A DNA stretch of 64,000 bases, taken from an uncultured Pelagibacteraceae bacterium (GTDB lineage Bacteria > Pseudomonadota > Alphaproteobacteria > Pelagibacterales > Pelagibacteraceae). The stretch lies in the NCBI GenBank assembly GCA_902567495.1, contig CACFMO010000005.1:1932-65931 (forward strand), in the 5' to 3' direction. Each line of letters starts with the position of its first letter. The stretch's first letter is position 1. This document shows, piece by piece, positions 1-14,036 of the stretch. The position numbers were made by a program, and so were the translations under genes. The notes under the pieces were generated by a model, which did not search any database, was not told the origin of the DNA, and saw only the letters and a program-made list of their open reading frames with translations.

Positions 1-1
1 T

Positions 2-1090
2 AATCTTTTAGCTAATACTAATAATGAGGAACTTTACAAAAAAATAGATTTATTTGCCGAGGTACTAGACAAAATAAAAAAAGAGTATGTTGATAAGGTG
101 GACCAATCCGAGCTTATTGATGATGCTATTAATGGTGCCCTTCAATCTTTAGATCCATATTCAGCTTACATGAACCCAGAATTTTTTGATAGTATGCAGA
201 CTGATACTAGAGGGGAATTTGGTGGTTTGGGTATTGAAGTTGGTATGGAAGCAGGTGTAGTAAAAGTAATATCCCCAATTGATGGAACACCAGCATCTAG
301 AGCAGGTATCAAAGCTGGGGATTACATTATAAAAATTGATGGAACACAAGTTCAGGGTAAATCATTAATGGAAGCTGTAAAATTAATGAGAGGTCCGGTA
401 GGATCAGAGATAAATTTAACTATAAGACGAAAAGGTAAAAAAAAGGCATTTATCAAAACTATTAAAAGAGAGATTATTGAGATTAAATCTGTTGAAGCAA
501 AAATAATAAAAAATAAAATTGGTTATCTTAGATTAAAGGCGTTTAATGAGAACAGTAGCAAACAACTTATTAAAATAATCTCTGGTTTTGAAAAAAGTGA
601 AAAGCCAGTTGGATACATTCTTGATTTAAGAAATAATCCTGGGGGTCTATTAACCCAAGCAATTCAGGTTACTGATTTTTTTCTTGATGAAGGGGAGATT
701 TTATCTACACGTGGTAGAAAGATAACTGAAAATAGAAGATTTTTTGCAAAAAAAGGAGATAAAGTAAATGGTAAGCCACTAATAGTTTTAATTAACAACG
801 GGTCTGCTTCTGCATCAGAAATAGTTGCTGGAGCACTTAAGGATCACAAAAGAGCAATTATCTTAGGTAGTTCAACTTATGGTAAAGGTTCTGTTCAATC
901 AATTATTCCTCTAAATAATGGTGGAGGGATAAGAATTACGATTTCAAAATATTACTTACCGTCTGGAAAATCTATCTCAGAGGTAGGAGTGAAACCAGAT
1001 ATTTTTATTGATGATGAGGCAGATGATTTTCAGATAGATACTAAATCTGATAGTCAACTTAATTACGCATTAAAACTTCTAACTACTTAA
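2..1090 (+). CDS. ctpA: Carboxy-terminal processing (tail-specific, S41) protease, 5' end cut by window edge
   Basis: The frame is open from nt 2. The upstream residues ..LFAEVLDKIKKEYVDKV continue the family N-terminus, so the GTG at 98 is not the real start. PDZ-like block GLGIEV...ISPIDGTPASRAGIKAGDYI. S41 catalytic region NNGSASASEIVAGAL and TYGKGSVQ. Confidence 0.9.
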   Translation, partial: NLLANTNNEELYKKIDLFAEVLDKIKKEYVDKVDQSELIDDAINGALQSLDPYSAYMNPEFFDSMQTDTRGEFGGLGIEVGMEAGVVKVISPIDGTPASRAGIKAGDYIIKIDGTQVQGKSLMEAVKLMRGPVGSEINLTIRRKGKKKAFIKTIKREIIEIKSVEAKIIKNKIGYLRLKAFNENSSKQLIKIISGFEKSEKPVGYILDLRNNPGGLLTQAIQVTDFFLDEGEILSTRGRKITENRRFFAKKGDKVNGKPLIVLINNGSASASEIVAGALKDHKRAIILGSSTYGKGSVQSIIPLNNGGGIRITISKYYLPSGKSISEVGVKPDIFIDDEADDFQIDTKSDSQLNYALKLLTT

Positions 1091-1561
1091 ATGACCGAAA
1101 AAATATTGCCGATGAGAAATGGTGTTGGAGCAGTTGTTTTAAATAAAAATAACAAAGTTTTTGTTGGTAAAAGAATAGATAATCCAGGTAAATTTTGGCA
1201 AATGCCCCAAGGTGGTGTTGATGAAGGTGAAAAATATTTTGATGCGATGAAAAGAGAGCTTTTTGAGGAGACTGGTATTAAAAATTTTGAAGTGATTAAA
1301 GAAATTGAAGGTACGACAGAATATGAGTTGCCGGATTATCTATTAGGAAAAATTTGGAAAGGTAAATATAGAGGTCAGAAGCAAAAATGGTTTGTTATTA
1401 GATTTTTAGGGGATGATAAAGAGATAAACTTGAACACCAGTAAACCAGAATTCAAAGAGTGGAAATGGGCAAATCTTGATGATCTTCCAAGTATAATAGT
1501 AGATTTTAAAAAAAAACTTTATATGAAATTGGTTCCGAAAATTAAGTTAATTATTGGTTAA
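1091..1561 (+). CDS. rppH: RNA pyrophosphohydrolase (Nudix hydrolase)
   Basis: Nudix box GGVDEGEKYFDAMKRELFEETGI. About 156 aa, with the RppH-type C-terminal EWKW segment. The start abuts the ctpA stop (TAAATG). Confidence 0.85.
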   Translation: MTEKILPMRNGVGAVVLNKNNKVFVGKRIDNPGKFWQMPQGGVDEGEKYFDAMKRELFEETGIKNFEVIKEIEGTTEYELPDYLLGKIWKGKYRGQKQKWFVIRFLGDDKEINLNTSKPEFKEWKWANLDDLPSIIVDFKKKLYMKLVPKIKLIIG

Positions 1562-1940
1562 TTTTCAAAAGCGTATCAATTTTATGTGACACAATATATC
1601 TTGCTTTGTCACTCAAATTGTCTTGGGTTAGTTTGCTTTTACTTTCTTCAATTATTTTATTTATATTTTGATTTTTTATACTTTCTAGAGATGTAATAGT
1701 TGATGAAAGTATTATAAGAGTATTATTTGAAAATTCTACAGTTCCCTCCTCAACAAAAAATTGGCTTTGCTTGCTTCCTTCAACTTTCGTTATACCTGGC
1801 CTTAAAAAAGTTATCAGTGGTATATGATCTGCAAGAATGGTCATCTCGCCTTCAAAGGATGGTATTGTTACTGAATTAACTTTTTCAGAAAGTAGAATGC
1901 TTTCTGGAGAAATTATTTCGAGATTGAAATTTTTTTCCAT
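1551..1940 (-). CDS. atpC: F1 ATP synthase epsilon subunit
   Basis: 129 aa, last gene of the atpHAGDC order. The N-terminal beta-sandwich-like LEIISPE...VTIPSFEGEMTILADHIPLIT is typical of epsilon. Confidence 0.9.
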   Translation of the reverse strand: MEKNFNLEIISPESILLSEKVNSVTIPSFEGEMTILADHIPLITFLRPGITKVEGSKQSQFFVEEGTVEFSNNTLIILSSTITSLESIKNQNINKIIEESKSKLTQDNLSDKARYIVSHKIDTLLKINQ

Positions 1941-4241
<2,301 letters not shown>

Positions 4242-4242
<1 letters not shown>

Positions 4243-5783
4243 TATTTTTTTTCAAAATTAGATTTTTTATAATTTGTTATAACTTCTGTTAAAAGCTTTT
4301 CAGTGTTCTCTTCGATCTTTCCAGTATTTTGAATTGATTCTAATATTTCAGGTTTTTCATTCTTAATTAAATCTAATAAACCTTTTTCGAATGATCGGAT
4401 TTGATTGTTTTCAATAGTATCTAAATAACCTTTTACACCACAGTAAACTGTTACAACCTGTTCTGCTACTGTCATTGGGCTGTACTGATCCTGCTTTAAC
4501 AACTCCGTAAGCTTAGAACCCCTGTTTAATAATTTTTGAGTTGATGCATCTAAGTCAGATCCAAATTGAGCAAAAGCTGCCATCTCTCTATATTGTGCTA
4601 ATTCCAATTTTATTGAACCTGCAACTTTTTTCATTGCTTTGGTTTGAGCTGCAGAACCAACTCTAGAAACAGACAGACCTACATTTACTGCAGGTCGTAT
4701 TCCTTGATTAAAAAGTTCTGTTTCTAAAAAGATCTGGCCATCAGTTATTGAAATAACATTCGTCGGAATATAAGCGGATACGTCACCTGCTTGAGTTTCG
4801 ATTATTGGTAAAGCAGTCAGTGAACCTCCACCATTATCATCATTTAGCTTAGCTGCACGTTCAAGTAATCTACTATGCAAATAAAATACGTCGCCTGGGT
4901 ATGCCTCTCTACCTGGTGGACGTCTTAATAAAAGTGACATTTGTCTGTAAGCAACTGCTTGTTTGGATAAATCATCATAAATTATTAAGGCATGCATTCC
5001 ATTATCCCGAAAAAATTCACCAAATGTGCATCCTGTGTATGGTGCTAAAAATTGTAACGGGGCAGGATCGGATGCTGTTGCTGAAACAACAATTGTGTAA
5101 TCCATTGCTCCAGCGTCTTGTAAAGTTTTGACAATTTGGGCAACTGTTGATCTTTTTTGACCAATTGCAACGTAAATACAATAAAGTTTCTTTTTTTCAT
5201 CATCTGACTCATTTATTTTTTTTTGGTTAATGATTGTATCTACTGCAACCGCAGTTTTTCCGGTTTGTCTATCTCCAATTATTAATTCTCTTTGTCCTCT
5301 TCCTACTGGAATTAAGCTATCAATTGCTTTTAAACCTGTTTGCATAGGTTCACCAACAGACTTTCTTGGTATAATTCCTGGAGCCTTAACTTCAACCCTT
5401 TTTCTTTTAATATTTTTATCTAAATTTTCTTTACCGTCAATTGGATTTCCTAATGCATCAACTACTCTGCCAAGTAACTCTTTACCAACAGGTACATCAA
5501 CTATTGCTCCAGTTCTTTTTACTGTATCGCCTTCTTTAATTGATCTATCATCTCCAAAAATAACAATACCAACATTATCGTTTTCTAGGTTAAGAGCCAT
5601 ACCCTTTGAATTGTCCTGGAACACAACCATTTCCCCAGCTTGGACATTGTCCAAGCCATAAACTCTAGCAATACCATCTCCTACAGAAAGAACTTTTCCA
5701 ATTTCTGAAACTTCGGCTTTATCTCCTAAATTCTTTATTTGCTCTTTTAAAATTTTTGTAATTTCTGAGGGATTTATATCCAT
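4242..5783 (-). CDS. atpA: F1 ATP synthase alpha subunit
   Basis: Walker A GDRQTGKT and the conserved [29 protein letters not shown]. Shares 1 nt with the atpG start (TAATG). Confidence 0.98.
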
Positions 5784-6341
5784 TTAACTCTCCAATAATA
5801 CTTTTTTATAATTTGCTAATTTATTTTTGATAGAGGTATCAATCATAAGACTACCAATTTGTAAAACAACTCCTCCAATTAAGCTTTCATCTATTTCTGA
5901 TTTAAGCTTGATAGTACCTTTTACATTTTCAGAAATCTCTTTTTCAATTTCAGAAATAGTTTTATTATCTATCTGCTTTGATGAATATAAATTTGCACTT
6001 ATTTCACCTTTTTTGTGTGAGACCAGTTTTAAAAATTCTTCAATGATTTCACTTACAAAAAAAATTCTTTTTTTATTTATTAAAATAAAGAAAAAGTTTT
6101 TTATGATTTTATCAGCGTTCATTACATTTAATATTTTCTCAAATACTTCTTTTTGACTTTTGTTTGTATTGGTTGGATTTTTAATATAGTTTTTTAAATT
6201 ATTGTCTGAATGATAGATTTTCAAAAAGTTGCTTAAACTTGAAACGTACTCGTCAGTTTTATTTGCTTCGTTGGAAAGCTCTAATAAAGCCAGAGCATAT
6301 CTTTGTGATATTCCGCCTGAAAAAGATTTATTATTGCTCAA
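5784..6341 (-). CDS. atpH: F1 ATP synthase delta (OSCP) subunit
   Basis: 185 aa, first gene of the F1 cluster. N-terminal RYALALLELS and C-terminal LIGGVVLQIGSLMIDTSIKNKL match the OSCP/delta family. Confidence 0.85.
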   Translation of the reverse strand: MSNNKSFSGGISQRYALALLELSNEANKTDEYVSSLSNFLKIYHSDNNLKNYIKNPTNTNKSQKEVFEKILNVMNADKIIKNFFFILINKKRIFFVSEIIEEFLKLVSHKKGEISANLYSSKQIDNKTISEIEKEISENVKGTIKLKSEIDESLIGGVVLQIGSLMIDTSIKNKLANYKKVLLES

Positions 6342-6425
6342 AGTAGTTCCTATATGATTGTATTAGAATTAATGAGATTTCGTATCATAGGAAATTGCTC
6401 TGTTCAAGTGTGATTGAAACGCATA

Positions 6426-8378
6426 TTAGCTAAAATTTAGAGGGTCTACATCAACTGTAAGTTTAATTTTTTTAGATAAATTAATTTTTTTAAGTATTTT
6501 AGCTATATCTTTTTGTATAAAAAGATTGTTTCTGGATCTTAAAAGCAATCTAGTTCTATAATTATTTTTAATTTTAAATATTGGAGAACTTACTGGTCCC
6601 ATTACTTCTGCATATTTCAGAATAGATAAATTATTTTTAATTTTTTTAGCTTCTAAAATTCCGTCTTTTTCATTTTTTGATGATATTATTAATGCTATAA
6701 GTCTTGTAAATGGTGGAAGATTTTTTTCTTTTCTCAAATTTATCTCATCTTCCAAAAACTGAGCAGAATCATTTTCTAAGATATTCTTAAGTGTCTCATC
6801 CGAAGGATTAAAAGTTTGATATATAACAAGAGAGTCTTTGCTAAATCTTCCTGCCCTTCCACTTAATTGATTGTATAATTGAATATTTTTTTCAGTCGAT
6901 CTTAAGTCAAAACCCATGCCTGAAAAATCAGCATCTACAACTACAATACAGTTAAGATTAGGAAAGTTAAATCCTTTTGAAATTAGTTGGGTTCCAACAA
7001 GAATATCAATTTTATTATTTTCTATATCTGAAAGTAAGTTTTTAGTTTCCTTTTTTTTATTAAGAAAATCACTAGATAATATTTTAATTTTTTTTTCAGG
7101 AAAGATTTGTTTCAATTCAGAATAAATTTTTTCAACTCCTGGACCATACATTTGATAATCACAATTGTTTTCTGTTTTTTTACAATTCGAGTTTAGACTA
7201 GATTTATATCCACAATGATGACACATAGCTTTATTTATATGCTTGTGAAAAGTTAAATAAATTGAGCAATTGGGACAATCAAGTTTTGAGCCACAAATCT
7301 TACAAATTATAAATGGTGCGTAACCTCTTCTATTCAGGAAAAAAAGAACTTGATCTTTTTTTTTAAGATATTTTTTTACAAAATTAATTGTTTTTGGATC
7401 TAACCAAATATTTTTTTTCTTTCGATCTAATTTAAGATCAACCACCTCAGCATTGGGAAGAGAGAAGTTTTTATATCTTTTTTCTAGCTTGGTGAAATTA
7501 TATTTTTTATTTTTAACATTATTGAATGTCTCTAATGAAGGAATAGAGGTAGAAAGTAAAACTGGAATATTCTCTATTGATGCTCTTGAGATTGCCATAT
7601 CTCTTGCATTATATCTGATACCTTCGTCTTGTTTATAAGAAGAGTCATGTTCTTCATCAACAACTATTAATCCTAGATTTTTAAATGGTAAAAACAATGA
7701 TGATCTTGCTCCAACTACTAATTTAATTTCACCATTGATAATATTTTTCCAAATAATTCTTTTATTTTTTTTTGTTATTTTTGAGTGCCAAATTGCTGGT
7801 TTGAAACCAAAGAAATCTTCAAATCTTTGATTAAATTGATTTGTCAAAAAGATCTCGGGTAGTAAAACTAAAGATTGTTTTCCTCTTGAAATATTTTCTT
7901 TAATTTTTTCAAAATAAACAATTGTTTTACCTGATCCAGTAATACCTTGTAACAAAGTTGTACTAAATTTATTACCCAAATTATTTATGTCTTTCAAACA
8001 TTTTTTTTGTTCGTCATTTAAAATAAAATTTTTTTTAATTTTTAGACTTTTATCAAAAGTTTCCTTTTTTTTTGAAAAAAAAGATTCATCACCTAGACAC
8101 ATTTTCAGCACCATTCCTTTTGGCGCTAAATTATATAAAGAGAACCAATTAATGAATTTTACCAAATTATCACTCAACGATACTGATTTTTTTTCTTTGA
8201 TATCTTTTAATTTAAAATTTTTATTAGTATTTTCTTCTTTGTCCCACACAACCCCGATTTCTTCCTCATTTCCAAAGGGAACTAAAACAATAGATCCAGT
8301 TTTTAATTTTCCAAATTTTTTAGATAGATAGGTATGCGGATGATCAAAAATTCTTGGTATAAGAACTGGTACTTTCAT
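6426..8378 (-). CDS. priA: Primosomal replication-restart helicase PriA
   Basis: Walker A GITGSGKT, DEEH box VVDEEHD, the Cys-rich zinc insert CKICGSKLDCPNCSIYLTFH...CHHCG, and QLSGRAGR. Confidence 0.9.
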   Translation of the reverse strand: MKVPVLIPRIFDHPHTYLSKKFGKLKTGSIVLVPFGNEEEIGVVWDKEENTNKNFKLKDIKEKKSVSLSDNLVKFINWFSLYNLAPKGMVLKMCLGDESFFSKKKETFDKSLKIKKNFILNDEQKKCLKDINNLGNKFSTTLLQGITGSGKTIVYFEKIKENISRGKQSLVLLPEIFLTNQFNQRFEDFFGFKPAIWHSKITKKNKRIIWKNIINGEIKLVVGARSSLFLPFKNLGLIVVDEEHDSSYKQDEGIRYNARDMAISRASIENIPVLLSTSIPSLETFNNVKNKKYNFTKLEKRYKNFSLPNAEVVDLKLDRKKKNIWLDPKTINFVKKYLKKKDQVLFFLNRRGYAPFIICKICGSKLDCPNCSIYLTFHKHINKAMCHHCGYKSSLNSNCKKTENNCDYQMYGPGVEKIYSELKQIFPEKKIKILSSDFLNKKKETKNLLSDIENNKIDILVGTQLISKGFNFPNLNCIVVVDADFSGMGFDLRSTEKNIQLYNQLSGRAGRFSKDSLVIYQTFNPSDETLKNILENDSAQFLEDEINLRKEKNLPPFTRLIALIISSKNEKDGILEAKKIKNNLSILKYAEVMGPVSSPIFKIKNNYRTRLLLRSRNNLFIQKDIAKILKKINLSKKIKLTVDVDPLNFS

Positions 8379-8398
8379 TATTTAAAAAATAAATTTGC

Positions 8399-9802
8399 TT
8401 AAAAATGAATAGGTCTTTTTTCGACTGCTAAAGCAGCCTCTTTAATTGCTTCAGTATGAGTTGGATGTGCATGGCATGTTCTTGCAATATCTTCTGAGCT
8501 AGCCCCAAATTCCATCGCAATTGCCATTTCAGCAATCATATCTCCACTATGCGGACCTATTATGTGCACGCCCAAAACTTTATCAGTTTTCGAGTCAGCT
8601 AATATTTTTACAAATCCTTCCGTTTCATTGTTAACTTTAGCTCTAGAATTTGCCATAAAAGGAAATTTTCCAATTTTATAACCTATGTTCAGCTTTTTTA
8701 ATTCTTCTTCGGTTTTTCCAACAGCAGCAACTTCTGGTGAAGTATAAATTACTCCTGGAATTACATCATAATTTACATGCCCAGATTGACCTGCGAGAAT
8801 TTCTGCAACAGCTATTCCTTCTTCTTCTGCTTTGTGAGCTAACATCGGTCCTTTTATTACATCTCCAATTGCAAAAATATTTTTAATTGAAGTCCTAAAT
8901 TCTTTATCAACATCGATCCTGCCCTTTTTATCCTTATTTACACCGATCTTTGACAGATTAAGGCCTTCAGTGTAAGGCTTTCTACCAACAGAGACTAAAA
9001 CTTTTTCACATTCAATTTTGTTTTTAGTTTTAGTATTTTTATCTTCAAATTCAACAATAACTTTATTGTTATCATCTTTTACTTTTGTAACTTTGTTATT
9101 TAATAAAAACTTTATACCTTGTTTAGTTAAAATCTTTTGAAACTCTTTTGAAATTTCTCTATCCATACCTGGTGTTATATGATCCAAGTATTCAATTACT
9201 GTTACATCTGAGCCTAATCTCGACCATACAGAACCCATCTCTAGACCGATATAGCCACCGCCAATAACAACCATGCTTTTTGGAACTTTCTCCAGAGATA
9301 TAGCACCTGTCGAAGAAATTATATTTTTTTCATTAATTTCAATACCTGGAACAGAACTTGATGATGAACCAGTAGCAATGACAATATTTTTTGATTTGTA
9401 AGAGGTTTTTTTTCCATTTTCATATACGACTACATCATTTTTTGAAAATAAAACCCCTTTACCCTTTATATAAGTAACTTTATTTTTTTTGAATAAAAAC
9501 TCAACACCTTTTGTTAATACTTGAACTGACTTACTTTTATTCATCATTATTTTTTTCAAATTTAATTTTACTTCCCCAACTTCTATTCCTAGATTATTAT
9601 AATCTTTTTGTGCTTTTTTATACATATCTGATAGGTTCAAGAGACTTTTAGATGGAATACATCCAACATTTAAACATGTGCCTCCAAGAGTTCCTCTTGA
9701 CTCAATGCAGCCTGTCTTTAGACCAAGTTGCGCTGCACGAATTGCACACACATAACCTCCAGGTCCACCACCTATAACTAATAAATCAAATTGTTCACTC
9801 AT
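8399..9802 (-). CDS. lpdA: Dihydrolipoamide dehydrogenase (E3)
   Basis: FAD fold IGGGPGGY, redox disulfide GGTCLNVGCIPSK, and the C-terminal HAHPTHTEA interface motif. Directly downstream of sucB. Confidence 0.95.
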   Translation of the reverse strand: MSEQFDLLVIGGGPGGYVCAIRAAQLGLKTGCIESRGTLGGTCLNVGCIPSKSLLNLSDMYKKAQKDYNNLGIEVGEVKLNLKKIMMNKSKSVQVLTKGVEFLFKKNKVTYIKGKGVLFSKNDVVVYENGKKTSYKSKNIVIATGSSSSSVPGIEINEKNIISSTGAISLEKVPKSMVVIGGGYIGLEMGSVWSRLGSDVTVIEYLDHITPGMDREISKEFQKILTKQGIKFLLNNKVTKVKDDNNKVIVEFEDKNTKTKNKIECEKVLVSVGRKPYTEGLNLSKIGVNKDKKGRIDVDKEFRTSIKNIFAIGDVIKGPMLAHKAEEEGIAVAEILAGQSGHVNYDVIPGVIYTSPEVAAVGKTEEELKKLNIGYKIGKFPFMANSRAKVNNETEGFVKILADSKTDKVLGVHIIGPHSGDMIAEMAIAMEFGASSEDIARTCHAHPTHTEAIKEAALAVEKRPIHF

Positions 9803-9804
9803 AT

Positions 9805-11091
9805 CTATACATTTAAGAAAAGCCTTTGTGGCTCTTCCAATGAATCTTTTACATTTTTCAAAAACGAAACTGCCTCTTTGCCATCAACAATTCTATGATC
9901 ATAAGATAAAGCTAGATACATCATGGGCCTAATTATTATTTCCCCATCTTTAACAACTGCTCTTTCAACAATATTATGCATACCTAAAACTCCAGATTGT
10001 GGAGGATTTAATATCGGGGTTGAAAGCATAGAACCATAAATTCCCCCGTTTGTAATAGTAAAAGTTCCTCCCTGTAAGTCTTCAATAGTTATTTTTCCTT
10101 CTCTAGCCTTTTCACCTAAAGATAAAATATTTTTTTCAATTTCCGCAAAAGACATTTCATCTGGACTTCTAAGAACAGGTACAACTAAACCTCTATCTGT
10201 ACCTACTGCAAAACTGATATTATAATAATTTTTATAAACTATTGTGTCTCCTTGTATTTCAGCATTTATAGCCGGAAAATTTTTCAATGCCGCAACGCAA
10301 GCTTTCACAAAAAAAGACATAAAACCAAGTTTGGTTGAAAATTTTTTAATAAACTCATTTTTATAATCATTTTTCATTTGTATTACTTTAGACATATCCA
10401 CTTCATTAAAAGTTGTAAGCATCGCTGCATTATTTTGCGCTTCTTTTAATCTTTTTGCTATTGTCATTCTTAATCTTGTCATTTTAATTTTTTCTTCTGG
10501 GCCATGAGTAATTTTTCGTTTATTAGGAGCAGGTTTTGATCCCATTAAATTTAATAAATCTTCTTTAAGTATCACACCATTTTTTCCTGTCCCTGCGATT
10601 TTACTTAAATCAATATTCTTTTCGTTAGCAATTTTTCTTGCTGAAGGAGAAACAATTTTTTCTTGAACATTATTATCACTTTTGACCTCTTCTGACAAAA
10701 TTAGTGGAGGTTCTTCTTTAATTTTTTCTAGAATTAATTTTTTTTCTATTTTTTTAGGTTTTTGTTCTTTAGGTCTTTCAAAAATTTTAGGTGTATCTTC
10801 TTTTTTAGGTGGAGGTGTATATTTTTTTTCCTCTTTCTCAACCTTTTGTACTTTTTTTGCACCTATACTTCCAAGTAAAGCACCTACTTCTACTGTATCA
10901 CCTTCTTTGACAGAAATATTTTCCAAAACACCGTCTGATGGTGAAGGAACCTCTACATTTACTTTATCTGTCTCAAGCTCAACAATAGGCTCATCAGAAT
11001 CAACTTTTTCACCAACACTTTTAAGCCATCTAGAGACTGTTGCCTCTGTTACTGACTCGCCTAAAGCTGGAACAACTATTTTTTCTGACAT
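9805..11091 (-). CDS. sucB: Dihydrolipoamide succinyltransferase (E2o)
   Basis: Lipoyl domain with [14 protein letters not shown], a Pro/Lys-rich linker, and the catalytic SYDHRIVDG. Confidence 0.95.
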   Translation of the reverse strand: MSEKIVVPALGESVTEATVSRWLKSVGEKVDSDEPIVELETDKVNVEVPSPSDGVLENISVKEGDTVEVGALLGSIGAKKVQKVEKEEKKYTPPPKKEDTPKIFERPKEQKPKKIEKKLILEKIKEEPPLILSEEVKSDNNVQEKIVSPSARKIANEKNIDLSKIAGTGKNGVILKEDLLNLMGSKPAPNKRKITHGPEEKIKMTRLRMTIAKRLKEAQNNAAMLTTFNEVDMSKVIQMKNDYKNEFIKKFSTKLGFMSFFVKACVAALKNFPAINAEIQGDTIVYKNYYNISFAVGTDRGLVVPVLRSPDEMSFAEIEKNILSLGEKAREGKITIEDLQGGTFTITNGGIYGSMLSTPILNPPQSGVLGMHNIVERAVVKDGEIIIRPMMYLALSYDHRIVDGKEAVSFLKNVKDSLEEPQRLFLNV

Positions 11092-11095
11092 TTGA

Positions 11096-13999
11096 TTAAT
11101 TTAACTTACCTACTACCTTTTCTAATATTTCTTTTTGTTCTGCAAGATGTTTGTTCAAGTTTCCTGTGGCTGGTGATGCCGCAGCATTTCTTCCAACATA
11201 TTTTACTGTTTCACCTTTGATTTTAACGATTTCTAATGTTCTTTCGATATAATATTTAACAGTATTCCATGCTCCCATATTCATCGGTTCTTCTTGGCAC
11301 CAAAAAAATTCTGCATTTTTGTACTTTTGAAGCTCCCTTCCTAAATGTTTTACAGGGAAAGGATATAGTTGCTCTACTCTTATAAAGACTATTTCATCAT
11401 TTTTACTTTTTTCCCTAGCCTCTAATAGATCAAAATATATTTTACCTGAACACATAACAACTTTTTTTATTTTTTTATTTGTTTTTAGTTTTATAAGTTT
11501 ACTATTTTCAAGGTAAGCATGGTCTTCTAAAATTCTGTGAAATCTTGTCTTTTTTGTGAAGTCTTCAAGATAAGAAATACATCTTTTATGTCTCAATAAA
11601 GATTTGGGAGTCATAACTATTAATGGCTTTCTAAAATCTCTTCTCATTTGTCTTCTAAGTACATGAAAATAATTAGCTGGAGTTGTGCAATTGACAACCT
11701 GTAAATTTTCTTGTGCACACAATTGTAAAAATCTCTCTAATCTTGCTGAAGAGTGTTCAGGTCCTTGTCCTTCGTAACCATGAGGAAGAAGCATTACCAG
11801 GCCACTTGCTCGTGACCACTTAGACTCACCAGACGAAATAAATTGATCTATGACTACTTGCGCTCCATTTGAAAAATCTCCAAATTGTGCTTCCCAAAGG
11901 ACTAGGGTTTCAGGCTCAGAAAGAGAATATCCAAACTCAAAACCTAGAACACCAAGCTCTGACAATAAACTATCAATTACCTCAAAACTTTTTTGTTTCT
12001 TAGATATATTATGTAAAGGCACATACCTATCGTGACTATCTTGATTTCTTAATACTGCGTGTCTTTGACTAAAGGTCCCTCGACCTGAGTCTTGTCCAGA
12101 AAGTCTTACTGAAAAACCTTCATTTAGTAGAGTACCAAATGCTAGAAGTTCAGCTGTTGACCAATCTATAGGTTTGTCTTCAGTAAACATTTTTCTTTTA
12201 TTTTCCAAAATTTTTAAAAGTGTTTTGTGAATATTAAAATTATTTGGTACCTCTGTAATTTTTTTACCTACTTCAATTAGGTCTTTTTTCTCTACACCAG
12301 TTTTTCCTCTTTTATCTTTTCCTATTTCAGGCTTAAATCTAGACCAAACTCCATCAAACCATGTCATTTTCTGTTTATAACTTTTTGCATTTTTAAATTC
12401 GGAGTTTAAAAAATCTTTAAGCTTATTTTTCCCTTCATCAAAATCCTTTTGTGAAATTAAACCTTGTCTAATTAATTTTTTACCATAAATTTCTAGCGTA
12501 GTAGGATGGCTTCGTATTTTTTTGTACATAAGTGGTTGTGTGAAAGATGGTTCATCACCTTCATTATGTCCAAAACGTCTGTAGCAAACCATATCAATAA
12601 CAACATCGCTTTTAAATTTTTGTCTGAATTCTGTAGCAATCTTTGCACAATGAACTACTGCTTCGGGATCGTCACCGTTAACATGAAGTATCGGAGCTTC
12701 TACCATTTTTGCAAGGTCTGAAGGATACGGTGAAGATCTAGCAAACCTTGGGGCTGTGGTAAAACCAATTTGATTGTTTACAATTATATGAATTGTACCG
12801 CCAGTATTATGGCCGGGTAGTCCCGACATTGCAAAACACTCTGCAACAACACCCTGACCAGCGAATGCAGCATCTCCATGTATAAGAACTGGAATAACTT
12901 TTCTTCTCTCTTTGTCTTTATGAAAATATTGTTTTGCTCTTACCTGCCCCAAAACTATTGGATTTACTGCTTCGAGATGTGAAGGATTATCTGTAAGACT
13001 AATGTGAACTAAATTTCCATCAAATTCTCTATTTGCAGATGCTCCTAAATGATATTTTACATCTCCCTCAAAATCTTTTTTATAATCAATTTTTTCTCCA
13101 AAGAATTCTTTAAATATTAGTTTAAAAGGTTTTTGCATCATGTTTGCAAGGACATTGAGTCTTCCTCTGTGAGGCATTCCAATTTTTACTTCTTTAACGC
13201 CTAAATGGCCTCCTCTCTTTATAATTTGTTCTAATGCGGGTATGAGAGACTCCGCTCCATCAAGGCCAAACCTTTTTGTGCCAACAAACTTTACATGTAA
13301 AAATTTTTCAAAACCTTCTGCCTCTATAAGTTTGTTAAGTATTGCTTTTTTTCCATTTTCAGTAAATTTAATCCCTTTTTCTTTTCCTTCAATTCTCTCT
13401 CTAATCCATGACCGCTCCACTGGATCAGACATATGCATGTACTCATAACCAATATTTCCACAATAAATATCTTTAGCCCTATTTATAAGTGTATCTATAT
13501 CTGCAGACTCTAGTCCCAATGTACCATCAAGAAATATTTTTCTTTTTTTACTTTGGTCATTAAATCCATATGTTGTTGGTTTAAGTTCAGGATGTTCTTT
13601 ACGTACTTGTAAACCCAGTGGGTCTAAGCTTGCAAGTAAATGTCCTCTTATTCTGTAAGCACGCATTAAAATACTAGCCCTTATTGAATCCTTTGAATTT
13701 TGTATAAGAGCTGATCCGTCTATATTTGTTTCTTTAACTTCTTTACCGTTTGTTTCTGGCTCATCTCCATTTTTATAATTTACTCTTTTACTTTTTTTTC
13801 TAGACCAGCTTGGTCCATTTACTGTGTTGATGATTTCTGATTTATTGTCATTGAGTCCATCAAAAAATTCTTTCCATTCAATTGGGATACTTTTGGGATT
13901 TTGGACGTATTTAGCATATAGTTCTTCAATAAATTCAGAACTGTTTCCACCTAAAAAAGAGGTTTTTTCAAATATATTGTTATTTTTAACTGTAGACAT
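11096..13999 (-). CDS. sucA: 2-oxoglutarate dehydrogenase E1 component
   Basis: 967 aa with E1o-type blocks ([52 protein letters not shown]). Upstream of sucB. Confidence 0.97.
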   Translation of the reverse strand: MSTVKNNNIFEKTSFLGGNSSEFIEELYAKYVQNPKSIPIEWKEFFDGLNDNKSEIINTVNGPSWSRKKSKRVNYKNGDEPETNGKEVKETNIDGSALIQNSKDSIRASILMRAYRIRGHLLASLDPLGLQVRKEHPELKPTTYGFNDQSKKRKIFLDGTLGLESADIDTLINRAKDIYCGNIGYEYMHMSDPVERSWIRERIEGKEKGIKFTENGKKAILNKLIEAEGFEKFLHVKFVGTKRFGLDGAESLIPALEQIIKRGGHLGVKEVKIGMPHRGRLNVLANMMQKPFKLIFKEFFGEKIDYKKDFEGDVKYHLGASANREFDGNLVHISLTDNPSHLEAVNPIVLGQVRAKQYFHKDKERRKVIPVLIHGDAAFAGQGVVAECFAMSGLPGHNTGGTIHIIVNNQIGFTTAPRFARSSPYPSDLAKMVEAPILHVNGDDPEAVVHCAKIATEFRQKFKSDVVIDMVCYRRFGHNEGDEPSFTQPLMYKKIRSHPTTLEIYGKKLIRQGLISQKDFDEGKNKLKDFLNSEFKNAKSYKQKMTWFDGVWSRFKPEIGKDKRGKTGVEKKDLIEVGKKITEVPNNFNIHKTLLKILENKRKMFTEDKPIDWSTAELLAFGTLLNEGFSVRLSGQDSGRGTFSQRHAVLRNQDSHDRYVPLHNISKKQKSFEVIDSLLSELGVLGFEFGYSLSEPETLVLWEAQFGDFSNGAQVVIDQFISSGESKWSRASGLVMLLPHGYEGQGPEHSSARLERFLQLCAQENLQVVNCTTPANYFHVLRRQMRRDFRKPLIVMTPKSLLRHKRCISYLEDFTKKTRFHRILEDHAYLENSKLIKLKTNKKIKKVVMCSGKIYFDLLEAREKSKNDEIVFIRVEQLYPFPVKHLGRELQKYKNAEFFWCQEEPMNMGAWNTVKYYIERTLEIVKIKGETVKYVGRNAAASPATGNLNKHLAEQKEILEKVVGKLN

Positions 14000-14036
14000 T
14001 ATTTTTAAATCTCATATTAACATAATAAATTAAAAT

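Noticed and set aside
5230-5661. Long antisense 'shadow' ORFs opposite strongly conserved genes (this one opposite atpA). Other examples are 161-349, 2050-2241, 3137-3343, 3872-4111, 5827-6156, 7987-8331, 10682-11095, 14050-14424, 14488-14844, 15338-15754, 18178-18444, 24618-24866, 25086-25325, 26794-27051, 28785-29112, 30705-30959, 39371-39610, 40222-40551, 46641-46901, 53684-54082 and 60267-60734.
   Set aside because: All lie fully inside, and antisense to, genes with unmistakable family motifs. Their products are low-complexity Ser/Leu/Phe/Ile-rich strings with no recognisable motifs, as expected by chance in AT-rich DNA.
6349-6391. Imperfect inverted repeat (CCTATATGAT ... ATCATAGG) in the priA/atpH spacer as a terminator.
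   Set aside because: The stem is interrupted and AT-rich, the loop is about 25 nt, and there is no U-tract. The spacer more likely just carries the atp promoter, which I cannot pinpoint.
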